A stretch of DNA of 64,000 nucleotides, from assembly GCF_009914755.1 (NCBI RefSeq), contig NC_060939.1. One strand, written 5' to 3'. The translations under genes and the position numbers were made by a program. The DNA comes from the human T2T-CHM13v2.0 reference genome, Homo sapiens. Shown piece after piece: positions 40,856-54,326 of the stretch. Numbering within the stretch: the first letter of the stretch is position 1; each line of letters begins with the position of its first letter. The notes beneath the pieces are model-generated. The model had not been told where the DNA came from, made no database searches, and saw only the letters and a program-made list of their open reading frames with translations.

Positions 40856-41223
40856 TGCGTTACTTGCTTGGGCTGCCATAACCAAGCATCACAGCCTGGG
40901 CACTTTATTTTCTCACCATTCTGGAGGCTGGAAGTCCAAGATCATCAGGTTTGGTGTCTTCCGAGGCCTCTCTCCTTGGTTCCTAGGTGGCTGTTGTCTT
41001 CCTGTGTCTTCGCATGGTTTCCCCTGTTTGTTTGTGCCTGTGTTCAAGTTTTCTCTTCTTATGATTTTTCTTTTTGTATTAGATTAGAACCTACTGTAAT
41101 AGCCTCATTTTAACATCATTACGTCTTTGAAGACCCAATCTCCAAATGCAATGACACTCTAAAGTGCTGGGGCCTAGGACTTTAACATTCGAATTTTGGA
41201 GGGACACAATTCAGCCCCTAACA
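40856..41223 (-). mobile_element. MLT1A-like LTR
   Basis: TTCTGGAGGCTGGAAGTCCAAGATCA ... GGGACACAATTCAGCCCCTAACA. Confidence 0.88.
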
Positions 41224-41522
41224 TTTATGTATTCATGTTGTAATATCCAGAGCAACCACAAAGAAAACTGTACAAGTAATATACTAAAAACATTATGAAT
41301 AAAAAAAAAATCCCATAAAATGTTCAAGAATCCCTGGAAAGATAAGAGAAGTAGAAGAATGAGAAACAAAGGGGAGGAAAACACAAAAAACCACCAATCA
41401 TCAATATTAGCAATGAAACGTGGTCTATCACTATAGATTCTACAGCCACTAAAGGGATAAGTTGAGAATACTATAATAGACTTTTAACTAATAAATTTGA
41501 CATTATTCTAAAAATCAGAATT

Positions 41523-41915
<393 letters not shown>

Positions 41916-43327
41916 TTAGTAATTAATGTTCCCAAAAAAGAAATCTTGAGTTTTATATGGTGTAACTGGAGAATTTTACCAGTCAGCTAAAGAAGAATTA
42001 ACACCAATTCTACAAAATCTCTTCCAGAAAGCAGAAGAGAAGGAAACATTCCCCATCATTTTTTATGAAGCTAATATTACCTGATACCAAAACCAGATAA
42101 AGACAGCATAAAAAAGAAAAACAACAGAGCAGTTTCTTTCATGAACTTGCACGCAAAACTCCTCAACAAATATTAGCAAATAGAGTCCTGCAAAGTTTAA
42201 AAGAATTATACATCATGACCAGGTGGGATTTCTTTCAGGTATAGAAGGTTGATTCAGCTTTCAAAATCAATCTGTGTGATCCACCATATTACAGGCAAAA
42301 GAAAAAAAATCATACAATTATATCATTTTATGCGAAAATGTATTTGACAAAATATAATACTTATTCATGATAAAAACTCTCAGCAAACTAAGAATAGGGG
42401 AAAACTTACTCAGCTTGATACTAAGCATCTACAAAATGCACGCAGAACTACAGGTAGCATCAAACTTGATGGTGAAAGACTGAGGACCAGGAACAAGGCA
42501 GGGATGTGTGGTTTCACTGTCATTTTCAATGTCGCACTGGAAGTCCTAGCACCTGCACGTGGCAAGAATAAGCAATTATTAGGCAAGTAGATTGGCAAGA
42601 GTAAAATAAGTGTCCTGATTTACAGATAAGCTGATTGTCTACATGAAAGTCACAAGGAATCTACCAGATAATCCTAGGACTTGTGAGTTCAGCAAGGTCT
42701 CTGGATAAAAGATTATCACCCAAATTCAGTTACATTTGTATATAATAACAAAAATCATGTGAAAACCAAAATTAAAAACATAATAGTTTTTACAGTTGCT
42801 TCAAAAAATGAAATACTTAGGTATAAATCTAACAAACAGGTACAGAATCTATTAATATATGCTGAAAATTATAAAATGCAAATGAAAGAAAGCAGAGAAG
42901 CCCTAAGTAAATGGAGAGATGTATTTTTTCATGGATTGGAAGATTTAACATAGTAAAGATGTCCATTTTTCCTTACGTGATCTGCAGGTTTAATGCAATT
43001 CCTACCAAAATCCAGACAAGCTTATTTGAAAATTTTCACAGAACAGTACAACACCTAGAATAGCTGAAATAGTTTTGAAAAAGAAGAATGAAATTGGAGG
43101 AATTAGTCTGCCTGATTTCAAGCTATATTATATAGCTACATAATCAAGACAGTGTGGTATGGCAGAGGAGTAGACACATAGATCTGAATGGAGAATCCAG
43201 AAATGAACCCATGCAATTACATCGACCTGTTTACTGACAAAAGTGCAAGAGCAATTCAATGGAGGAAGAAGGCACTGGAACAACTGGGCATCCATAGACA
43301 AAACAAAAACAAAACAACACCCTAGAC

Positions 43328-43565
43328 CAGGGGTGTCCAATCTCTCGGCTTCCCTGGGCCACACTGGAAGACCACAATTGTCTTAGGCCATAGATAAAAT
43401 ACACTAACAGTAACGATAGCTGATGAGCTAAAAAAAAAAAAAAAAAAAAAAAATTCTGAAAAAAATATCATAACGTTTTAAGAAAGTTTATGAATTTGTG
43501 TTGGGCTGCATTCAAAGCCATCCTGGGCTGCACGTGGCCTATGGGCCACCAGTTGGACAAGCTTG
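43328..43565 (+). mobile_element. MER30 (hAT-Charlie)
   Basis: CAGGGGTGTCCAATCT...TTGGACAAGCTTG termini; 8-bp TSD CCCTAGAC/CCCGAGAC; internal poly-A. Confidence 0.92.
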
Positions 43566-46419
43566 CCCGAGACTTTAACCTCACATCCTATACAAAAACC
43601 AACTAAAAATGAAATATAAAAGATGTACCACGTCCGGCCTCTCTATGTCCATGTGAACCAAGCCACGCCATCGTGGACTCCCCTGATGTGGGATGTCTTC
43701 CAAAGTGGATCGGTACTCCTGAGCTCTGTGTTTCAGCAAGGCCCGGGAGTCCCATTACACACATGGGCTGCTGCCAATGTTAGGAGCTGGGAGAGCTAGT
43801 CAATTCATTTCAGTCTTAAGAACATAAAATTCTGAAAATTGCTGTGTTCTACACAGTTTTAGAAATGAGTTTGGTTTTTGTTATGACTTGCTTCTTTCTT
43901 TGAGGATTTGGAAATGACTAATCAGAATTTCCACGAGGGAGCTAGAAACTCGAACTGAGCTCTAAAAACTGATTAGGAGGCCTATTCCTTCTTATGAGAG
44001 GTGTTCAGATAAATGCCTGGGCTCCATAATAACAATAACAACAACAGATCATAATACTAATATTAAATTTTTATAAAATCATGCTTGGTGACAACTCTGT
44101 GCTTTTGGCTCACTGGGTGAGAGGATTTTCTATTATGGTCGTGGGGACTGCATTTGTTACTTAAAGTCTATTTGGTAAGTGTATGGAATCTTTGGCTGAA
44201 GATTATTCCTTGGTCACATAACTATAAACAAGTTACTTTCTTCACTAGGTGCTTCAGGAATACGATGCTATGGGTTGAATTACAGTATTTCCACCATATA
44301 ATTGTGAGCTTACTTCTCCTAATAAAAGTACTAACAAGTAAATAGATTTTAATAACCACTAAATGTCATGTGTGGTTGTTAATATCTTATTTACCGACAT
44401 AAGTATATAATTTGTATGTGTTGATACTTTTTCTTCCATAGTACTCCCCCAAGTACCACCGGCATTAAAAACTAACCATGTCTTAAATATTGAAAATTCC
44501 AGGAAGAACAAATAAAACTGCCATTGATAAAAATGATGTAGCTCTATTTCTAATGAATACTTTCTTTAATTGTTTTGGATTATTATCCTGTAAAAAGTTG
44601 AAAGCTTGGATTATGCCTTCAGCATTCAGGTTTGTGAATTATGAAACTAGTCTTCGTCCTAGTCTTTCTTAGTTGTCAGTGAATTTGGAAGATTTAACAG
44701 GTGTTGTGATCTGTATGAAATTGATGCTGGAGCAACACACTCCACCATGCTCCACAGGTGCTCTTGGAAGGTTCTGGGCCTGCCCAGAAACCTTACCTCT
44801 TCTTTGACGTATACATATTTTCCCTGTACTGACAACCCACTCCTCAGGAATGACTCTATTTTGTTCAGGTGTTAGTAATGTTTAAAAGTTAAACCCTTTG
44901 CAGTTGGAGGCTCACATGAAACACCACTCCCCAGGCACAGTTAAAGTAGGAGTGTCTGAACCACAGAACCCTGAGTATCCCCACAGCAGGTTCACCCAGG
45001 GTCCACAGCAGGTCCATCCAGGGTCCACAGCATGTCCAACTAGGGTGGCCAGCCTTCTGGCACCAGACCGTACAGGGTTGCCCCTGCAGCTGCAGGGAAT
45101 CAGAAGCAACAGAACCACCTTAATAAATACCAAAGCTCGGTTAGGGAGCATGGAGAAGAGAAAAGCAAAATTAACCCCTCCCCTTTCCCTTTAAGTGTTT
45201 TTTCACTTTTAAGATTACAAACATGTTACACATCCATTGTAACAAGCATACAATACAACGGCCTATTAAAGACAATGAATTTGCCTTTCCATTCCTTGTT
45301 CTCTCTCAAGGAATGACCAATTCTTGAGGTCATTCTCTCAAGGTGACCGCTCAAGGTGACCTCAGAACTCTTGAGGTTCTCTCTCAAGGTGACCAATATC
45401 AATAGCTTGGGGCATATCCACCCACAGTTTTCTAGCTGCTCTTATATATGTCTTCAGCTATAGAATTATACACCTTTCAAATGACTGCCTTGTAAATGCT
45501 CTTTTGACATATCTGTTTCCCATGGTGAGGATTTTCTTTAATAATTAGTGGGAAGATAAATAAGCACTTGTATTAATGAACAAAAGGCTGGCTCAGCCAG
45601 AACCTTATGGAGCTGTGCTGCTCAATATTTGGAAATTACCAAGTTGAGGTAGTTTCATTGTACCTTACTTGTTTATCGAGGTTATAGAAAATGAAATGGC
45701 CCTTGCCTTTTAGTGTTTCAAGAAGAGAAAATTTAATGAAATGTGAAGTCACTTAAAAATATTAGCTTCTGTTTTTAGGATCTTTAGCTATTCTGCCTCA
45801 AAACAATTTCACTAATTTTATTTCTATATCACGTTTTCTCATTTCTGCTCATGGCAATTGGCTGAATCAGTGGTACGAGCCAGGACAGATGAAGTTAAAT
45901 CGACCAAGTGCTGTTGCCTTCCAGAGGCGTGGCATGAGTCAGTCATGGCCAAAGTGGCGCGTGAGTTTGAGTATGAATGTAGATGCTCCCTATCCAGTCT
46001 TAGTAGGATGTGGACTTTAAAAATTTGTGTTTGTTTATTGGTTGGTTTGTTGTAGTTTTGTGTATGGGTTTTATTGAAACTGTTCTCTCATTCACTCACT
46101 CACTCCCAAGGAAACACTGATATATGGTATGTCTAGTGACGTGCTGTGCATTTGTTCCACAGACACCAACGAGGCATGGCTTAGGTCGCCTGGCCTCAGT
46201 GGGTGTTTTGCCTGTAACTTTTTCTTTTGCATCATGATACTTTAAATGAGCTGATCTGCCTAGGTAGGAACAAAAGCCCCAGGTGCTGTTTGCTTCCTCA
46301 GCTGAATCGAAGACAGACTGTGCAATACACTGAAATACACTGGGATCACACAAGACAGAGAAAGCCATGGTAACAAATCATAGAATTTCTTTCCACTGTT
46401 GTCTATGTGGAACTATACA

Positions 46420-48595
46420 TTTTTCAAACCTTTTAAAAGAATTGAGAGAACCAGAGGAAACAGATAGAATAATTTGATATTAAATGGCAGACATAAGCCC
46501 TAACATGTCAATAATCACTTTAAGTCTAAATAATCAAAATACACCAATCAAAAAGTAGAGATTGGCAGAGTGGATTAAAACATTAAAAAATTTCGATGAC
46601 TCAACTATATGCTGTTTACAAGAAGCCCACTAAAATTTAAATAACATAGATTGAAAGTAAAAGAATGGAAAAAGATATACCATGTAAATATTAATTAAAA
46701 ATTTAAAAGCAGGAGAAGCTATGGTAATATTCAATGATGTGAAATTCAGAGTAAGAAAACTATTAGAGATGAAGAGGAACGTTACATAATGATAAAAGGA
46801 TCGATTCACCAGGAAGACATGATGATCCTAAATGTGTACACATCAAGCAACAGAGCCTCAAAATACATGAAGCAAAAACTGATGAAACTGAAAGAAGAAA
46901 TGTATAAATCTATAATTATACTTGGAAAAGGTATAGTAGTATACACTTCCTGAATTGTCAAGCAGATTTGATCAGCCAATCAACCAACAAGATCTAGGTT
47001 ACATGTATGGAATACTCCACCCAACAACAGCAAAATACACATTTTTTCAAGGGCTTATAGAATGTTCATTGAGATATACTGTATCTTGGGTCACAAAACA
47101 AATCTCAGAAAATTTAAGATAATTGAAATCATAAAGAATTTGTTCTGCAACCATCATGTAATCGGACTAGAAATCATTAACATAACGTTTTAGGATGGCG
47201 GTTATCAAAAAGCCAAAAGACAACAAAAGACAACAAATATTGGTGGGGGTATGGAGAAAAGGGAAACTTGAACACTGTTGGTGAAGTGTAGATTGGTGCA
47301 GTCATTATGGAAAGCAGTATGCTGATTTTTAACAAAATTAAAAATAGAACTACTATATGACCTCTCTTCTGGGACAAAATGAAATCACCACTTCATATAT
47401 ATATCTGCTTTCCCATGCTCATTATAGCGTATCCACAATAGCCAAGATATGGAAACAACCTAAGTGTATATGGATGGACAAATGGATAAATAAACTGTGG
47501 TGTGTATATACAATGCAATATTATTCAGACTTTAAAAAAGAAGAGATCCTGCCATTTGCCACAACATGAATGAACCTGGAGGATATTATGCTAAGTGAAA
47601 TAAGCCAGATACAGAAAGGAAAAGTTTGCATGATCTCACTTATATATGCAATGTATAAAGTCCGTCAACTATACAGAAACAGAAAATAAAACAATAGTTA
47701 CCAGCGGTGGGTCCTGAGAAGGAAATAGGGATGTGTATATCAGAGGATACAAAGTAGCAATATGTAGGATGAACAAGTTTCTAGACGTCTAATGCATAAC
47801 AGGAGATAATAAAATTGTACTGTATTTGGCATTCCTGGGAAATAAGTAGATTTTAGCTGCTCTTGCTACAAAAAACAAAGGGCAACTATGTAAGATGATA
47901 GATTTGTTAATTTGCTTTACTATAGTAACCATTTTATTATCTATATGTATCCCATAACATCACATTGTATACATTAAGTATATACAATAAAATTATTTTA
48001 AAAATATTCTGAGCAGTCCTGCAGGAAAGAAAGGAAAAAAAGAAGGAATGAAGGAAAGAAAGAAATGAGGAAAGATTTCAAAGGTATCTAAGTTTTTAAC
48101 TTACAGAAAATAGAAAAAGAAAAGCAAGAAGAATCCAAAGCAGGCAGAAGGAAGACAGTACTAAAGAGCAGAAACTAATGCAAGTGAAAATAGAAAAATA
48201 GAGAAAATAAATGAAACAAAAAGCTGGATCTTCAAAAAGTCAATACAATTTATAAGATTTAGCAGGACTGACAAAAATAAAAGGAGAGATGATGCAAATC
48301 ATCATTATTGGAATGAAATGAGGGATATCACTATAGGTCTGCAGCTATTGAAAAGATAAAAAAGGAACACTCTGAATAATTTTATGCTCATGAATTCAGT
48401 AGTTTGAAGAAATGGACTAATTCTTCAAAAACTGCCAACTACTAAAACTCTATCAGGGTTCAATAAACAATCTAGCCCTATAGTCATTAAAGGAATTTAA
48501 TTTATAATTGTAGTAGTCTGCCAAGGAAATATCCTGGCCTAGATAGCTTCACAAAACAATTCCATACAGTCTCTTCAATTTTACACATTCCTTTT
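46420..48595 (+). mobile_element. Ancient L1M ORF2 (endonuclease to pre-RT) fragment
   Basis: AGATTGGCAGAGTGGATTAAAA, AATGGAAAAAGATATACCATG and CAACAGAGCCTCAAAATACATGAAGCAAAAACTG motifs; split by a younger L1 3' piece. Confidence 0.82.
47190..48004 (+). mobile_element. L1MA-type 3' end nested in older L1
   Basis: ATCCTGCCATTTGCCACAACATGAATGAACCTGGAGGATATTATGCTAAGTGAAATAAGCCAG; ends TACAATAAAATT..AAAAA. Confidence 0.85.
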
Positions 48596-48670
48596 GGAAA
48601 TGAGAACTAGCACTAGCTAGGCTTTCCAGTAAGATATTGGAGAGAGGTAGAGAAAAAAATCATCCTCGCC

Positions 48671-48760
48671 ATATTCTTAGTCTTAGGAGAAAAGCTTTCA
48701 ATCTCTTACCATTAAATATTCCTAGTCTTAGGGGAAAAGATTTCAGTCTCTTACCATTAA
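48671..48760. repeat. 45-bp tandem duplication within L1
   Basis: 48671-48715 vs 48716-48760, 41/45 identical. Confidence 0.9.
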
Positions 48761-50026
48761 ATATGATGTTAGGTGTAGGATTTTTATATATTACTTTTAC
48801 TATATTGAGAATGTTTCCCTGTATTTCTGGTTCCTTAAGGTGATCTTCATGAATGAGTGTTCAGTGTTGTCAAGCGGCTTGTCTGCATCAGTGGGTAGAA
48901 TCGTATGGTTTTTCTTATTTGACTTACTCATATGGTGATTTACATTGATTTATAAATATTGAACCAGCTATACATTTGGGAAATGAAGCCTCCTTGCTTG
49001 TGATGACATTTATGTATTCCTAGATTTAATATTTTTAATGATTTTGGCATGTAGCTTTATGAAAAACGTGGATCTCTAGTTTTCTTTTTTTGTAGTGTTT
49101 TTATTTATTATTTTTGTTATTAGGGTAATGCTGGCCTCATAAAATTAACTGGAAAAGTTCTCTCTAATTCAATTTTCTGCAACAGTTTATAGAATATTGG
49201 TATTATTTCTTCCTAATAGATGTTTGATAGAATTTGCCAGTGAAATAATCTGGGCTTTGTTGTTTTTTTCTCTATGGATGGCATTTAATCACTAATGCAA
49301 TGTCTTCAATAAATATATGCTGTTCAGGTTGACTATTTCCCATTGAGTGAGTTTTAGTAGTTTGTGTCTTTAAAAGAATTGGTTCATTTCAACTAATTAT
49401 TAAATTTGTTGATATAGTTTTATTAACAATTTATCAAATTTGCATAGAATTTTATCTAGTATTCCCTTCTTTTAATGTTCATGGGTGATTAGTAATAACC
49501 CCTCTTTCATTTCTGGTATTGATAATTTGTGTCTTCTTCATTTTTTTTTCTTGGTTAAACTTGCAAGAAGTTCATTAATTTTATTGATCTTTTCAGAGAA
49601 CTAGCTTTTGGTTATGTTGATTTTCTCTATTTTCTTTTCAGTTCCATTGTTTTATACTCTTAGTTTTTATCACCTCCTTTCATCTGTTTGTTTTAGGCCT
49701 AATTTTCTTTTCATTCTCTAGTTCTCTAAAGTAGGAGCTTAGGAATTTTGATTCTTTTCTAATACATTTGTTTAATGCTACCAGTTTTCCTCTCAGCACT
49801 GCTTTAATTTTGACTGACAAATTTTGATCTTTATTTTGTTTTTAATTAGTTCAAATTATTTTAAATTCCTCCTGAGACTTTTTCTGTGATTTATGGGTTA
49901 TTGCAGAGTATGTTGTTTAATTTTGAAGTTTTAATTTGCCAGCTACCTATTAGTCATTGATTTTTATTTTAATTCCATCATGGACTGAGAATAGACTTTG
50001 TATGATTTCTGTTCTTGTAAGTGTGT

Positions 50027-50094
50027 TAAGATGTACATTATGGTTCAGTGCATGGTCTATTAAGATATACATTATGGTCTAGTGCATGGTCTAT
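50027..50094. repeat. 34-bp tandem duplication within L1
   Basis: 50027-50060 vs 50061-50094, 31/34 identical. Confidence 0.9.
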
Positions 50095-50759
50095 GCTGCT
50101 CAATGTTGCATGAGACTTGGGAAGAGGGCTTGTTCTGCTGTTGTCGGATGGAGTATTCAATAACTGTCAGTTAGATCAAATTGGTGGATAGTGCTGTCCA
50201 GGTCATTTATATCCTTACTGGTTTTCTGCCTGCTTTGTCTGTCAGTTAATGATGCAGTCGAATCTACCTAGAATAGTGGATGTCTCTGTTTCTCCTTTCA
50301 TTACTATCAGTTTTTCCTTCATTTATTTTGATACCCTGGTATTTAGGTTTCTACACATTTAAGATAATTCTGTCTCCTTGGAGAATTGACCCCTTTATCA
50401 TGATGGAATGATCCTCCTCATTTCTAATAATTTTTTTTGTTCTGAAACCTGATTTTCTGTAATTAATATGGCTATTCCAACTTTCCTTTGATTAAAGTTA
50501 GCACTATGTACCTTATTGGCATAGGAAAATGCTCATAATAAAATAGGCAAAAAGGGAGAGAAAGCAGCTAAGAGATCTCTTAGCTTCGTTTCTCTTTTTC
50601 ACCTATATTATTATGAGCATTTGTGCACAACATTCTATTGTATGTATGTACCAGAGTTTATTTAAATATTCCTCCGATGTTACACATTTAGATTGTTGTA
50701 AATTAAGGTTGCAGAGCATATACTTACCCCACAGTCTTTCTTTGGATATATAATCTTTT

Positions 50760-51140
50760 TAATTAATAGATTTTATTTTTTGGAGCAGTTTTAGGTTTAC
50801 AGAAAAATTGAGCAGAGTTTACAGAGAGTTCCCATAGAGTCCTTCTCCCACTACATGCTGTTTCCCTTACTATTAGTGTGGTTAGTTGATTTGGTACAAC
50901 TGATAAGTCACTATTAATGCATTTTGTTAACTTAAGTTTATAGTTTACCTTAGGGTTCACTCTGTGTTGTACATTCTATAGGCTTTGCTGAATGTGTAAC
51001 GCTATGTATCTACTGTTACAGTATCATACAGAATAGTTTCATTACCTCCGATCCCCTGTGTTCTACCTAGGCATCCCTTCCTTCTGACAAATCCCTGGCA
51101 ACCAATGATTGTTTTCCTGTCGCCATAGTTTTGCCATCCT
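50760..51140 (-). mobile_element. L1MB/MC-type 3' end
   Basis: GAGCAGTTTTAGGTTTACAGAAAAATTGAGCAGA and TAGGGTTCACTCT..GTTGTACATTCTAT motifs. Confidence 0.8.
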
Positions 51141-51186
51141 TTTACTTTTAAATACTCAGAGTTGTCATATTTAAAATGGTTTTCTC

Positions 51187-51551
<365 letters not shown>

Positions 51552-53971
51552 TTATATCCACTTTGTCTATCTCTGTCTATTAATTGGTGTGTTTAGGCTG
51601 TTCATGTTTAAAATGATTATTGATATATTTAGCTATATATCAAAAATCTTTTAACTGTTTTCTATTCCTTGCATTTGATTTTTGTCTCTTTTTCTCTCTT
51701 GTTTCCTTTGGTTTAACTGAGCTTTTTATATGATTTCATTTATCTTTTTTTAAGCATATCATTTATGCTTATTTTTAATTTGTTAATAGTCCTAGTGTTC
51801 CAATACATGGCTTAAAATAATGTCAAATTACTTTCAAATAACACTATTCTGCACCATGTATAAACCAGGTACCTTGTAACAGTGTATTCCTTATTTCTCC
51901 TTCCTATGTCTCATACATTACTGTTGTTAATTTAACTTATATATATACTAATACATTGTTACTGTTATTGCTTCAAAGTTATATTTTAGAGCAATTTAAA
52001 ATAGTAAACATAAAAGATTTTTTTATTTTACCTCCACTTATTGCTTCTCTGATGTTCTTTCTCTTTTTATGTAGCTCTGAGTTTCTGACCTATGTAATTC
52101 TGCTTGTAGAACTTTTTTTTTTTAACATATTTTTTGTAGAGCAGGTATGCTGACAACAAATTCCCTCAATTTTTTTTTTGTCTGAGGAAGTCTTTATTTC
52201 TCTTTCATTTTTGGAAGCACAGTTTCACTGGATGTAGAATTTTAAGTTGGTGAGTTTTTTTTTCTTTGAACAATTTAAATATTTTCCTTCACTCTCTTCT
52301 TGCTTGCATAATTTCTGATGAGACATCCACTGTAATTCCTAAACTCACACTTCTATAGGTGTGGTGTTCCCCACCCCAACCCATCCGTGGCTTCTATCAG
52401 GATATTCCATTTGCCTTTGTTTTTTGCAGTTTGAGTATGAAATGTCCAAGTGGGTTATTTTTGGTATTTTTCCTGCTCAGTGTTTGATGAGCTTTCTGTA
52501 TCTGTGATTTGGTGTCTGTCACTACTTTTGGAAAGTTCTTACTTTTATTACTTCAAATATTCCTTCTGCTTCATTCTCTCTTTATTCTCCTACTGGTGTT
52601 CAAATGATGCATGTGTTATATTAATATATGACATTGCCTCATAGTTCCTGGGTGTTCTATTCCAGTTTAATTTTTTTCTTTTCCCTCTTTCTGTTTCAGT
52701 TTGTGCAGTTTCTATTTACTTATGTTAATGTTCAGTGATTCTTTCCTCATCTGTTTTGAGTCTACTCATGAACTTTTCAGAAGCATTCTTCATTTTTCTT
52801 GTGCGTGTGTTTTTTTAGTATCTGCTTTTGATTCAGTTTTAGAATTTTCATTTTGCTTCCTTTGCTCTTGCATGTCCTCTGCTTTTTCCCTGAGAGTCCT
52901 TAGCATAATCATAGTTACTTCAAATTCCCTGTCTACTATTCCCAACATTTCTGTCATGTCTGATTCTGTTCTGATGATGGTTTGTCCTTTCAGACTGTGT
53001 TTTTACTTGCCTATTGATGTGCCTTGTACTTTTTTACTGAAATCCAGACATGATGTGTTGGGTAATAGGATCCAAGGTCAATAGGCCTGTAGGGTGAGGT
53101 TTCTCGCTAGACTGCTGGCAGCGGGCTTTGTTTCTTGTGTGTTGTATCTGTAAGTAGCAGAGCTTCACAGCCTTCTGGTGTCCTCATTTTTGTCTTCCCC
53201 TTTGGATTTGGGTCTCTCCTGTGTGCTGTTCTTCAGAGAGGGTCTACGCCTTGTAGCTGTTTCAGCTGTAACCCGCTGCTATAGTGGAGCTGCCTTGGTA
53301 TAGGGGCTGTATATGGGGTGGAGGGAGCATTCTGTACTTTTCTGCTTCAATCTGTCTTGTAGCAGGTCTGCATCTCAGGGCTGTGAGCTTCCTAAGTGTT
53401 TCTGTCCCTACTCCAGTGATAGTTTTACCCCCAACCTCCATTCCCCAGGGTGGGATGGATTTTCACAGTTCAGCTCTTGCAAAGTGATTTCCCCAGGAGA
53501 GTAGGCCTTTTCATGGAGAAGGTTCTATGAATGTTTTACAAGTTACACTCCCCATTCCTCTGCCAGGACCAGGAGGGGATCTATTTTGGATCCTTACCAT
53601 GAGAATCTGGTGGAACGCTTGAAGAAAAGTTCAGTAAAGTGTAGGATCTCCCTTAAGGCAGGGTCCCACAGTGTTTTCTGACTCTCAAGCTAGTCCACAC
53701 TCAGCCTCCAGCAAGTCATCATTTCAATTCCCATCATTTTATGGCCCTTGTGGATTCTGCTCCAAGCAAGCAGATCTTTGCAGTGTCTCTCAGGATGAAC
53801 CCATCTCTCCACATTTTAGGGTAACAGTGTTTTCCGGTGACTTCAGTTCTCTGATGGATTTAGAAAGGTCAGTGATTTTCAATTTGTCCAGCTTTTTCTT
53901 GTTGTAAAGCAGGAGTAACAACATCCTAGCTCTCAATATATGTATGCGCAGATTCTTGATGTCCTCTTTAA

Positions 53972-54326
<355 letters not shown>

